From Mobula hypostoma (taxonomy: Eukaryota), in NCBI RefSeq assembly GCF_963921235.1, contig NC_086108.1, positions 113,834,001 through 113,898,000 on the forward strand: a DNA stretch of 64,000 bases, in the 5' to 3' direction. The notes beneath the pieces are model-generated. The model worked only from the letters and a program-made list of their open reading frames with translations. It was not told the origin of the DNA and made no database searches. This document shows, piece by piece, positions 38,955-50,593 of the stretch (its first letter is position 1; the number at the start of each line of letters is the position of its first letter). Made by a program: the position numbers and the translations under genes.

Positions 38955-41900
38955 GAACATTAGACATAATATAGGAGCAGAATTAGTCTGCTCCACCATT
39001 TCATCATGCTGATCCATTTCCCTCTAAGCCCCAATCTCCCGCATTCTCCCATATCCCTTCATGCCCTGACTGACAAAGAATCTATCAACCTGACTTGGCC
39101 TCCAAAGCCACCTGTGGCAATAAGTTCCACAGATTCAAGATTCACCACTCTATGGCTAAAGAAATTCCTCCTCATCTCCATTCTAAATGAACATCTCTCT
39201 ATTCTGAGGCTGTGTCCACAGTCTTAAGCCTCTCTAACCACAAGAAGCATCCTCTCCACATCCACTTTATCAAGGCCTTTCATCATTTGATAGGTTTCAA
39301 TGAGATCCCCCCCACCCCACCCTGATTCTAGTGAGAAGAAGCCTAGTGCTGTCAAATGGCCCTTGTATGACAAGCCTTTCAAACCTGGAATTATTTTCAT
39401 GAACCTCCCCTGAACCCTCTCCAATGTCAGCACATCTTTTCTAAGGGGTCCAAAACAGCTCACAATACTTCAAGTGAGGCCTCGCCAGTGCTTTCATATT
39501 CTAGTCCTCATGAAATGAATGCTAACATTTCACTTACCTTCCTCACCGTCAACTCAATCTGCAAATTAACCCTTAGGGAATCCTGCACAAAGACTCCCTA
39601 GTCCCCGTACACCTCAGATTTTATGAATTTTCTCTCCATTTAGAAAACAGCCTAACCTCTTATTTCTTCTACTAAAGTGCATGACCATACACTTCCTGAC
39701 ACTATATTCCATCTGCCACTTCTTTGCCCATTCTCCTAATTTGTCTGAGTCCATCTGCAGCTCCTCAACTTCCACAAAACTATTTGTCCCTCCACCTATC
39801 TTCATATCAACCACAAACATGGCCACAAAGCCATCAATTCTGGCATCCAAACCATTGACAAATAGTGTAAAAAGAAGCGGTCCCAACACAGATCCCTATG
39901 GAATACCACTAGACTCTAGCAGCCAACCAGAAAAGGCTCCCTTTATTCCCACTCTTTGCCTCCTGCCAATCAGCCACTGCTTTATCCATTCTAGAATCTT
40001 TCCTGTAATACCATGAGCTCTTAACCTGTTAAGCAGCCTCATGTATGGCACCTTGTGAAAGGCCTTCTGAAAATCCAAGTACACAACATCCATTGACTCT
40101 CCTTTGTCTACCCTGCCTGGTATTTCTTCAAAGAATTCCAACAGATTTGTCAGGCAAGATTTTCCCTTAAGGAAACCTTGCTGACTAGGCCTTATTTTAT
40201 CATAGAAACATAGAAAATAGATGCAGGAGTAGGCCATTCGGCCCTTCGAGCCTGCACCGCCATTTATTATGATCATGGCTGATCATCCAACTCAGAACCC
40301 TGCACCAGCCTTCCCTCCATACCCCCGATCCCTTTAGCCACAAGGGCCATGTCTAACTCCCTCTTAAATATCGCCAATGAACTGGCCTCAACTGTTTCCT
40401 GTGGCAGAGAATTCCACAGATTCACCACTCTCTGTGTGAAGAAGTTTTTCCTAATCTCAGTCCTAAAAGGCTTCCCCCTTATCCTCAAACTGTGACCCCT
40501 CGTTCTGGACTTCCCCAACATCGGGAACAATCCCCCTGCACCTTGCCTGTCCAATCCCTTTAGGATTTTATACGTTTCAATCAGATCCCCCCCTCAATCT
40601 TCTAAATTCCAACGAGTACAAGCCTAGTTCATCCAGTCTTTCTTCATATGAAAGTCCTGCCATCCCAGGAATCAATCTGGTGAACCTTCTTTGTACTCCC
40701 TCTATGGCAAGGATGTCTTTCCTCAGATTAGGGGACCAAAATTGCACACAATACTCCAGGTGTGGTCTCACCAAGGCCTTGTACAACTGCAATAGTACCT
40801 CCCTGCTCCTGTACTCGAATCCTCTCGCTATAAATGCCAGCATACCATTCGCCTTTTTCACCGCCTGCTGTACCTGCATGCCCACTTTCAATGACTGGTG
40901 TATAATGACACCCAGGTCTCGTTGCACCTCCCCTTTTCCTAATCAGCCACCATTCAGATAAATAATCTGTTTTCCTATTTTTGCCACCAAAGTGGATAAC
41001 TTCACATTTATCCACATTAAATTGCATCTGCCATGAATTTACCCACTCATCCAACCTATCCAAGTCACCCTGCATCCTCTTAGCATCCTCCTCACAGCTA
41101 ACACTGCCGCCCAGCTTCGTGTCATCCGCAAACTTGGAGATGCTGCATTTAATTCCCTCATCCAAGTCATTACTATATATTGTAAACAACTGGGGTCCCA
41201 GCACTGAGCCTTGCGGTACCCCACTAGTCACTGCCTGCCATTCTGAAAAGGTCCCGTTTATTCCCACTCTTTGCTTCCTGTCTGCTAACCAATTCTCTAT
41301 CCACATCAATACCTTACCCCCAATACCGTGTGCTTTAAGTTTGCACACTAATCTCCTGTGTGGGACCTTGTCAAAAGCCTTTTGAAAATCCAAATATACC
41401 ACATCCACTGGTTCTCCCCTATCCACTCTACTAGTTACATCCTCAAAAAATTCTATGAGATTCTTCAGACATGATTTTCCTTTCACAAATTCCATGCTGA
41501 TTTTGACCATGTGCTGATCATGTGCTTCCAAGTACCCCAAAATCACATCCTTAACAATTGACTCCAACATCTTCCCAACCACTGAGGCCAGATTACTGGC
41601 CTATAATTTCCTTTCTTGTATCGTTCTCCCTTATTGAAGAGAGGAGTGACATTTGCAATGTTCCAGTCTTTTGGAACCATGCCAGAATCAATTGATTCTT
41701 TAAAGATTATTGCTAATGTCTCCACACTCTCTTCAGCCACCTTTCAGAATCTTGGGGTGTACACCATCTGGTCCTGGTTACTTACCTACCTTCAGACCTT
41801 TCCATTTCCCAAGAACCTTCTCCCTAGTAATGGTAACTTCATACACTTGTGCCCCGACACTCTCAAATTTCTGGAATACTGCTAGCGTCTTCCACAGTGA

Positions 41901-42890
41901 AGACTGATGCCAAGTACTTATTCAGTTCATCTGCCATTTCTTTGTCCCTCATTACCATTCTTCTGGCATCATTTTCCAGCAATCCAATATCTAGTCTCGC
42001 ATTTTTTTCACTTTATGTATCTGAAGAATTTTTTGGTTTCTTCTTTAACATTATTGGCTAGCTTACCTTTATATTCCATCTTTTCCTTCTTCTTGACTTT
42101 TTCTTAAGCTGTGTCCTGTTGTCTTTTAAAAGCTTTCTAATTCTCTAACCTCCCACTAATTTTTACTCTATTATATATCTTCTCTTTGGCTTTTATGTTG
42201 GCTTTGACTTCTCTTGTCAGCCACAGTTAGGTCATGCTCCCTTTAGAATAGTTCTTCTTTGGGATGTATCTATCCTTCTCCTTCTGGATTGCTCCCAGAA
42301 ATTCTGACCATTGCTGTTCTGCCAAAGTCCCTGGTAGTACACCCTTCCAATCAATTTTGGCCAGCGCCACTCTCGTGCCTACGTAATTACATTTACACCA
42401 TCGTAATACTGATACATTTGGCTTCAGCTTCTCCTTCTCAAATTGCAGGGTGAATTCTATCATATTATGATCACTGGCTCCTTTTACCTTGAGCCCTGTA
42501 ATCAGTTCTGTTTCTTTGCACGACACCAATCCAGAATAGCCGATCCCCTAGTTAGCTCAACCGTGAGCGGCTCTAAAAAATCATCTCATAGGTTTTCTAC
42601 AATTGTATTCTCTTGCGACCCAGCACCAACCTGATTTTCCCAATCTACCTGCATATTGAAATTCCCCATGACTATTGTAATATTGCCCTTTTAACATGCA
42701 TTGTCTATCTCCCATTGTAATTTGTAGATATCCTTACTACTGTTTGGGGGTCTGCATATAACTCCCATCACAATCTTTTAACCTTGCAGTTCGTTAGTTA
42801 TACCCACAATGATTCTACACCTTGCGATCCTAAATCAACTCTTCCTAATCATTTGATTTCATTTTTTTTTTATCAACAGACCCACCCCAC
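38955..42890 (-). mobile_element. CR1 LINE (ORF2, decayed), host of a nested CR1
   Basis: APE (SDHNMIEF) and RT motifs on the minus strand; 3' UTR at ~38955-39120. Confidence 0.85.
40204..41516 (-). mobile_element. Younger CR1 3' part nested in a CR1
   Basis: Clean RT ORFs (YLDFQKAFDKVPH, FADDTK); (TTTCTATG) tail; atcat at 40199-40203 and 41517-41521. Confidence 0.88.
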
Positions 42891-42985
42891 TCCAATATTG
42901 CTAATTTGGGCAAAATCTGGGCAATGCTCACATGAATGATTTAACATGCACAACACTTTTGTGATCTAGAAATGATCTAGTGTAT

Positions 42986-43170
42986 GGGGTGTCAGGGAGG
43001 GGTAGCACCTCTGGTGGGGGAACATGTCGTGTCCTTTTCAGGGCGGTTAGTCCACCTTTGGTCCCCACCTGGCACTCAGCTCTCACCTGTGGCTCCCCGT
43101 AGCTGTTTGCATGCGACAGCGGCCACACCCCGGGCAACGGCTTCGACAAGCCGGCTAAACCAGGTGAGGG
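42986..43170 (+). ncRNA. HDV-like self-cleaving ribozyme fold
   Basis: P1 GGGGTGT 42986-92 / ACACCCC 43125-31; P2 43080-90 / 43159-70; P3 GGC / GCC; L3 TCCCCGT; P1.1 CC / GG; GCAAC-P4 (GGCTT cgac AAGCC)-GG; J4/2 CTAA with the catalytic-position C at 43155. Confidence 0.75.
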
Positions 43171-43547
43171 TAGCCGACGGGTCTCAAACCCTCGGTGAGA
43201 TAGGGAGTTGTCTATCCCAGCATGTGAAGACAGACTCCGGCGGATTGAGCGGATGAGACCTATGGAAGGTCCAACGGACAAGAAGGCGGTCTCTGCAAGC
43301 ATCGTGGAACGTGTAGAGCAGGACAAGACACAGAAGACGTCCTGGTCATCCACTGCGCCTAGTCCCATCTCCAGCCATCTCGACTCTTGTCTTGCCACTG
43401 GATCCAGATGGGAATTGGGAAGAGAGAGTGAGGCTGACGCTGCGCAACTCTCCCTCACTTAAATCCAAATCACGCGCTAGTCTCGACACCATCATAATGG
43501 TGACGAGGTCCTCATCGACGTCAACGATGGACGAACAACAACAACAC
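42986..43547 (+). mobile_element. Non-coding RTE-derived retroposon (ribozyme head, RTE-like 5'UTR, (ACA)n tail)
   Basis: CpG-rich island within AT-rich flanks; RTE-type 5'UTR-like block (ggtgagggtagccgacggg...tgtgaagacagactccggcggatt); ends gatggacgaacaacaacaaca. No clear TSD found. Confidence 0.65.
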
Positions 43548-43992
43548 ATATGCAACTGAACCCAATTTCTAAGTCCACGTAGACTACAAACCAAAACACC
43601 ATAAAACTAAGTATTTTATAATATCAGGTCCTGATTGTAAAAATCTATTCGTTTGAAGAGTCAGTGATTCCTTTTCTACTGGATCATTCACAGTGACCCA
43701 CAACCCAAAGGCTTTCCAGTTCAACCTGGACAATGACAGATTTTGGAGCTGATACAATTCAAAAGAAGCAATCATGAAAACTATCAGATCACTATAAAGA
43801 GTCATCTCTTTTTCCCAGCCCAGTAAATTCAATATTTTCCAGTATTCATTCATGTTACTGAGGTTCGGATATGGCCCAAGTGCAGAGTCAGAGACACTGA
43901 AGCAGGTCGGTAGTTTACAGACTTTAATATAAACAGTGTTAAAGGGAAAATAAACAATAAACGCTAGGCCAAACAGGGCTGTTAACTAAAAC

Positions 43993-46725
43993 AACACACA
44001 TCAAAGTTGCTGGTGAACGCAGCAGGCCAGGCAGCATCTCTAGGAAGAGATATAGTCGACGTTTCAGGCCGAGACCCTTCGTCAGGACTAACTGAAGGAA
44101 GAGTGAGTAAGGGATTTGAAAGTTGGAGGGGGAGGGGGAGATCCAAAATGATAGAAGAAGACAGGAGGGGGAGGGATGGAGCCAAGAGCTGGACAGGTGA
44201 CTGGCAAAAGGGATATGAGAGGATTATGGGACAGGAAGCCCAGGGAGAAAGACAAGGGAGGAGGGACCCAGAGGATGGGCAAGGGGTATATTCAGAGGGA
44301 CAGAGGGAGAAAAAGGAGAGCGAGAGAAAGAATGTGTGTATAAAAATAAGTAACAGATGGGGTACGAGGGGGAGGTGGGGCATTAGCAGAAGTTAGAGAA
44401 GTCGATGTTCATGCCATCAGGTTGGAGGCTACCCAGACGGAATATAAGGTGTTTTCCTCCAACCTGAGTGTGGCTTCATCTTTACAGTAGAGGAGGCCGT
44501 GGATAGACATGTCAGAATGGGAATGGGATGTGGAATTAAAATGTGTGGCCACTGGGGGATCCTGCTTTCTCGGGCGGACAGAGCATAGGTGTTCAGCAAA
44601 GCAGTCTCCCAGTCTGCGTTGGGTCTCGCCAATATATAGAAGGCCACATCGGGAGCACTGGACGCAGTATATCACCCCAGTCGACTCACAGATGAAGTGT
44701 CGCCTCACCTGGAAGGACTGTTTGGGGCCCTGAATGGTGGTAAGGGAGGAAGTGTAAGGGCATGTGTAGCACTTGTTCCGCTTACAAGGATAAGTGCCAG
44801 GAGGGAGATCAGTGAGGAGGGATGGGGGGGACGAATGGACAAGGGAGTCGCGCAGGGAGCGATCCCTGCAGAAAGCGGGGGAGGGGGGGAGGGAAAGATG
44901 TGCTTAGTGGTGGGATCCCATTGGAGGTGGCGGAAGTAACGGAGAATAATATGTTGGACCCGGAGGCTGGTGGGGTGGTAGGTGAGGACCAGGGGAACCC
45001 TATTCCTAGTGGGGTGGCGGGAGGATGGAGTGAGAGCAGATGTACGTGAAATGGGGGAGATGCGTTTGAGAGCAGAGTTGGTAGTGGAGGAAGGGAAGCT
45101 CCTTTCTTTAAAAAAGGAGGACATCTCCCTTGTCCAAGAATGAAAAGCCTCATCCTGAGAGCAGAAGCGGCGGAGACGGAGGAATTGCGAGAAGGGGATG
45201 GCGTTTTTGCAAGAGACAGGGTGAGAAGAGGAATAGTCCAGATAGCTGTGAGAGTCAGTAGGCTTATAGTAGATATCAGTGGATAAGCTGTCTCCAGAGA
45301 CAGGGACAGAAAGATCTAGAAAGGGGAGGGAGGTGTCGGAAATGGACCAGGTAAACTTGAGGGCAGGGTGAAAGTTGGAGGCAAAGTTAATAAAGTCAAC
45401 GAGCTCAGCATGCGTGCAGGAAGCAGCGCCAATGCAGTCATCGATGTAGTGAAGGAAAAGTGGGGGACAGATACCAGAATAGGCACGGAACATAGATTGT
45501 TCCACAAAGCCAACAAAAAGGCAGGCATAGCTAGGACCCATACGGGTGCCCATAGCTACACCTTTAGTTTGGAGGAAGTGGGAGGAGCCAAAGGAGAAAT
45601 TATTAAGAGTAAGGACTAATTCCGCTAGACGGAGCAGAGTGGTGGTAGAGGGGAACTGATTAGGTCTGGAATCAAAAAAGAAGTGGAGAGCTTTGAGACC
45701 TTCCTGATGAGGGATTGAAGTATATAGGGACTGAACTCTTAATAATTTCTCCTTTGGCTCCTCCCACTTCCTCCAAACTAAAGGTGTAGCTATGGGCACC
45801 CGTATGGACACAGACGCTCCCTACGCGACTCCCTTGTCCATTCGTCCCCCCCATCCCTCCCCACTGATCTCCCTCCTGGCACTTATCCTTGTAAGCGGAA
45901 CAAGTGCTACACATGCCCTTACACTTCCTCCCTTACCACCATTCAGGGCCCCAAACAGTCCTTCCAGGTGAGGCGACACTTCACCTGTGAGTCGGCTGGG
46001 GTGATGTACTGCGTCCGGTGCTCCCGATGTGGCCTTCTATATATTGGCGAGACCCGACGCAGACTGGGAGACCGCTTTGCTGAACACCTACGCTCTGTCC
46101 GCCAGAGAAAGCAGGATCTCCCAGTGGCCACACATTTTAATTCCACATCCCATTCCCATTCTGATATGTCTATCCACAGCCTCCTCTACTTTAAAGATGA
46201 AGCCACACTCAGGTTAGAGGAACAACACCTTATATTCCGTCTGGGTAGCCTCCAACCTGATGGCATGAACATCGACTTCTCTAACTTCCGCTAATGCCCC
46301 ACCTCCCCATCGTACCCCATCTGTTATTTATTTTTATACACACATTCTTTCTCTCGCTCTCCTTTTTCTCCCTCTGTCCCTCTGACTATACCCCTTGCCC
46401 ATCCTCTGGGTTCCCCCCCCCACCCGACTTTCTTCCCGGACCTCCTGTCCCATGATCCTCTCGTATCCCTTTTGCCAATCACCTGTCCAGCTCTTGGCTC
46501 CATCCCTCCCCCTCCTGTCTTCTCCTATCATTTTGGATCGCCCCCTCCCCCTCCCACTTTCAAATCTCTTACTAACTCTTCCTTCAGTTAGTCCTGACAA
46601 AGGGTCTCGGCCTGAAACGTCGACTGTACCTCTTCATAGAGATGCTGCCTGGCCTGCTGCGTTCACCAGCAACTTTGATGAGTGTTGCTTGAATTTCCAG
46701 CATCTGCAGAATTCCTGTTGTTTGC
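43993..46725. mobile_element. Penelope-like element, inverted insertion with RT and GIY-YIG, inside the Gypsy 3' LTR
   Basis: Minus arm ~43993-45733 with RT (SLYTSIPH, KGVAMGTRMGPSYA, YIDDC, FLDL, YKPT) and GIY-YIG; plus arm ~45734-46725; 15-bp TSD gctgttaactaaaac at 43978-43992 and 46726-46740. Confidence 0.95.
44054..44089 (-). ncRNA. Minimal type I hammerhead ribozyme motif (intact core) in PLE pseudo-LTR
   Basis: Minus strand agtc-CTGACGA-agggtctcggcct-GAAA-CGTC-gact. Partner copies at 46590-46625 (+) and 5645-5680 (-) have CTGACAA. Confidence 0.75.
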
Positions 46726-49333
46726 GCTGTTAACTAAAACTCTCAAAAGAAAAATGAAGCCGACACTGCAGCTGAAAAGAACATCTAAACATTAAATGAA
46801 TACCACTAGTCTTCAGAGTCAGTTGACTAGAAAGTCCAATATCTCAGGGAAGGCTGAATGCAAAATAGTAGTGAAGTGTTGCTATGCTCTGTCCAAGTCT
46901 CGACAAGCACTACAACGGCAAGTATGGAGTTAAATTCTATCACAATTAACTAATTAGTGGTCACGTGCAAATTCACAAGCACAGTTGCCGTACCTACTGC
47001 ACTGCCGAATCCATGGTTGTGACAGGGCATCCCTCTCTAGGTGCAGTCCCTGAGGCGGCACAGACCTGTGTCCACTGGAAGTCCCAGATCAGTGACTTGT
47101 CCAAGATGTCCTTCGCCGGGATCCAAGTATGTTCTTCTGGGCCATCACGTACCCGGCGAGTTGCCAGGAGACACCACACAGTATAAACGAGGGAACCATT
47201 TACCAGGCCGGGAGGACGGGGAGGTGGGGTGACTGGGACCAGGAAAGAGGTAGTAACCAGCTTGAGCTGGGAAACATAGAACAGTGGGTGAATCTTCAGT
47301 GACGCTGGTAGACACAATTTATAGGAAACCTTGTTGACAGCCTTTTCCACTACGAACAGTCCCACATAGCGCAGTGCCAATTTCCGGTTCTCAACTTTCA
47401 GGGGGAGATCCCTTGATGCCAAACAGACCTCCTCTCCTGGCTTGAGTGGCCATACCTGTCGACAGCCCATTAGCTTGCTGGGAATGCTGTTTCTGGGCGT
47501 GCAGCAGAGAAGCCCTGGCTCGTCTCCAGGTGTGCTTGTAGCACTGGATCAGCTGTTCAGCAGCAGGAACACCTATGTCAATCTCCTGATCAGGGAAGAT
47601 CGGGAGCTGGAATCCCTTCCGGCATTCAAAGGGAGATATACTGGTGGAGGACGACTGGAGATTATTGTGGGCGATCTCTGCCCAAACCAATTGGGAGCTC
47701 CAGGATGTGGTGTTGGAAGAGGCAAGACTGCGCAGGGTTGTCTCCAACTCCTGGTTCATTCTCTCAGTCTAGCCATTAGATTGGGGGTGGAAGCCAGCTG
47801 ACAGGCTGGCCGTGGCTCCTACAAGAGAACAGAAAGCCTTCCAAAAGCAGAAAGTGAACTGTGGTCCACGATCAGACACTCTGTCTTGGGGAAAGCCATG
47901 GATCCTGATCACGTGTTGAACCATGAGTGTGGCAGTCTCACAAGCCGATGGGAGCTTGGGGAGGGTAAAGAAGTGGGCAGTCTTGGAAAATCGATCCACA
48001 ACGACCAAAATGGTGGTGTTTCCATTAGATGGGGGTAGAGCAGTGATGAAATCTACTGAGAGGTGGGACCAGGGGCAGTGGGGCATTGGCAGTGGACATA
48101 ACAGACCCCCAGGACACTAGCGTGATGTCTTGTTCCAACCTCAGGTGGGACAGGCAGATACAAAGTCATGGACATCCTGAGACATAGATGGCCACCAAAA
48201 TTGCCTCTTTATAAACTCCTGAGTCCGTTGAATTCCCAGATGTCCAGCCAAACGGGAGAAGTGACCCCATTTACATAGGCTCCTCCGTGGGCTGGGTGCT
48301 GGGTGGTGAGGGAAGAGGAAAGGGTGAGGAAAGACGGTGATCTGGTGGCGCGTTGGAAGTTTGAAACGTTCTTTCCCTGCGCCACTCAGTTACCCGGTCG
48401 TCAACTCCAATAGTCAGATCAGGTCATCCAGACTATCCTCTTCGTCCCAGACAGTGATCTCATGCTGGACCCCTGCATTCAGTCCACGTTGGAAGGCAGT
48501 GATGAGAGATCTCTCATTCCATCTCGTCTCTACTGCAAGGGTATGGAACTTGACTGCGTAGGCTCTTACCATTCCTCTGCCTTGGTGCAGGTCCAAGAGT
48601 TGGTGGGCAGCCTCCTGACCTTGTACTGGAAGATCAAAAACCCTCCTTAACTCCACCAAAAAATGTCAGAATGACTGGGCTGCAGGGTATCCTTGCTCTC
48701 ATAAAGCATTGAACAGGCTGAGTGGAGATCCGTCAAGAAGATTGACCATGTACGCCAATTTTCGCACATCATCACCAAAACGACCAGGCTGGGCTTGGAA
48801 TGTCAGCTCGCATTAGGTAATAAAATTCCTGCAACCATTAGGATCACCAGAATATCTGCCTGGTGGTGGAATACTCGGTTCCAGAATGGTCGTGAGTGTC
48901 GGGATCTGGTCCGGGCACGGGAGTGGGAGCATTAGTAGCAGAGATTGTTGGGGCAGCAGAAAAGGAGGACCTGCGAGATGCTAGGAGTGGGACTGAGGCG
49001 GATGGAAGCTGCTGAATTGAGCTGGTGAGAACTTTTATGGCTGTCAGCTGATGCTGGCTGTTCACAGCAAGTTCGTAGACGGTGGCTGTGAGTCTGGAAA
49101 TCGCAGACACCTGAGTCCAATTGTCTGTGGTGAGCTGTTGAACAGTTGCAGCTTGGGACAATACTTGTTCCTCCCAGTGAGGCTGGGCTTGTTGGCAAGA
49201 GATTATCTGCCTTATTGCCTCTGTAACTTCACTCCATTGCCTGTAGCTTGTCTCCTATCTGACCAATGAATCTCACGGCCAAGGTCAGCTGCCCTCTCTC
49301 TGCTGGGTCCATCTTTGCGTGGTCCAGACTTGC

Positions 49334-49754
49334 TGTCACCATGGTTCGGATACGGCCCAAGTGCGGAGTGAGAGACACTGAAGCAGGTCGATAGTTCACA
49401 GACTTTAACACCAACAGTGTTAAAGGGCAAATAAACAATAAACGCTAGGCCAAACAGGGTTGTTAACTAAAACTCTCAAAAGGAAAACGAAGCCTACACA
49501 GCGTCTGAAAAGAACATCTAAACATTAAACGGATACCGCTAGTCTTCAGTCAGTGACTAGAAAGTCCAATATCTCAGGGAAGGCCGAATGCAAAACAGCA
49601 GTGAAGGGTGGCTATGCTCTGTCCAAGTCTCAACAAGCACTATGATGACAAGTATGGAGTTAAATTCTATCACCATTAAATAATTAGCTGACCCGTGCAA
49701 ATTCACAAGCGTAATTGCCATATCTACTGCACTGCCGAATCCGTGGTTGTGACA
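49334..49754 (-). repeat. 5' LTR of the Gypsy element (421 bp)
   Basis: Homologous to 43853-43992 plus 46741-47024; TG...CA termini. Confidence 0.92.
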
Positions 49755-49939
49755 ATTCAATTCTCTTTTGAAATTGTTTCCACTGGCCTTTAAATAATAT
49801 GTTCCAGATCTCAACATGTTCCATAAGAAATAATAGTAATTTCTCCTTCAGTTCCAAACCTTGATTCTAAGTACTGTGGTCCCTCACCCTCCTTCCAGGG
49901 GAAGCTGTTTTTTGATGGGGACTTTATCAAGATCAGATT

Positions 49940-50195
49940 AGAGTCATAGAGCATTACAGCACAGAAACCAACCCTTCAGCCCATCTAGTCCATGCCAAAG
50001 GGTTAGTCTGCCTAGTCCCATCAACCTACACCTGAATCATAGCCCTCCATACCCTTCCCATCCATATACCTGTCCAAAAACTTTTCTTAAATGTTGCAAT
50101 TAAACCCACATCCACCGCTTGTGCTGGCAGCTCGTTCCACACTCTTACCACCTTGTGAGTGAAGAAGCTCCTGCTCACGTTCCTGTTTAATATTT
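49940..50195 (-). mobile_element. CR1 3' fragment
   Basis: CR1 3'UTR pattern similar to 20772-21000. Confidence 0.65.
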
Positions 50196-50432
50196 CAGAT
50201 TACCGAACAGCAGATCCAAGAATCTGGAAGTAAACATTTGCAGCCATCCCAACAGTGTCATGCTTATTTCCCATTCTTTGTTGCACTGCCTGGGTAGACA
50301 CTGGGTTGGTTCACTTCAAGAACCATATAGCAGCTGTGTGCACAACTGTGAGATGGTAACAGTTCAACATCTCCCACAAGTCATTGAAAATCTAATCAAT
50401 ATTAAATAAAAACTAAAATCTTTATTTATTAC

Positions 50433-50593
50433 CTTAGCATATGTGGAGTTGTCTGAAAACTGGGATAATATTAGTTCTGGACTCTTCAGGTCAATGCTGG
50501 CCATTCCTATTTCACCACGGGCAAGCCCACGTCCCTCTACCACGGCTACAATTACTGAGGCAACATGAACGGAGACTGCAGAAGATGAAGGAA
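50433..50593 (-). CDS. MSH4: MSH4 coding exon (exon 3 equivalent), start of MutS connector domain
   Basis: Acceptor tgtacag|TT, donor AAG|GTAATA; 161 bp, phase 1/0. Encodes [53 protein letters not shown], diagnostic of MSH4. Confidence 0.97.

Larger units (their letters stand above)
43853..49754 (-). mobile_element. Gypsy/chromovirus (sushi-like) LTR retrotransposon, internally deleted and decayed
   Basis: LTRs TGT..ACA at 49334-49754 and 43853-47024 (the latter split by a PLE); 5-bp TSD attca at 43848-43852 and 49755-49759; gag (MDPAE..., YAVKFHTLAVETRWNERSL), integrase (SVDFIT, SDRGPQF, HPQSNG) and chromodomain (GPEEHTWIPAKDILD). Confidence 0.93.

Noticed and set aside
42928..43594. Overlapping ORFs on both strands
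   Set aside because: No recognisable domain; expected in GC-rich structured non-coding repeat sequence.
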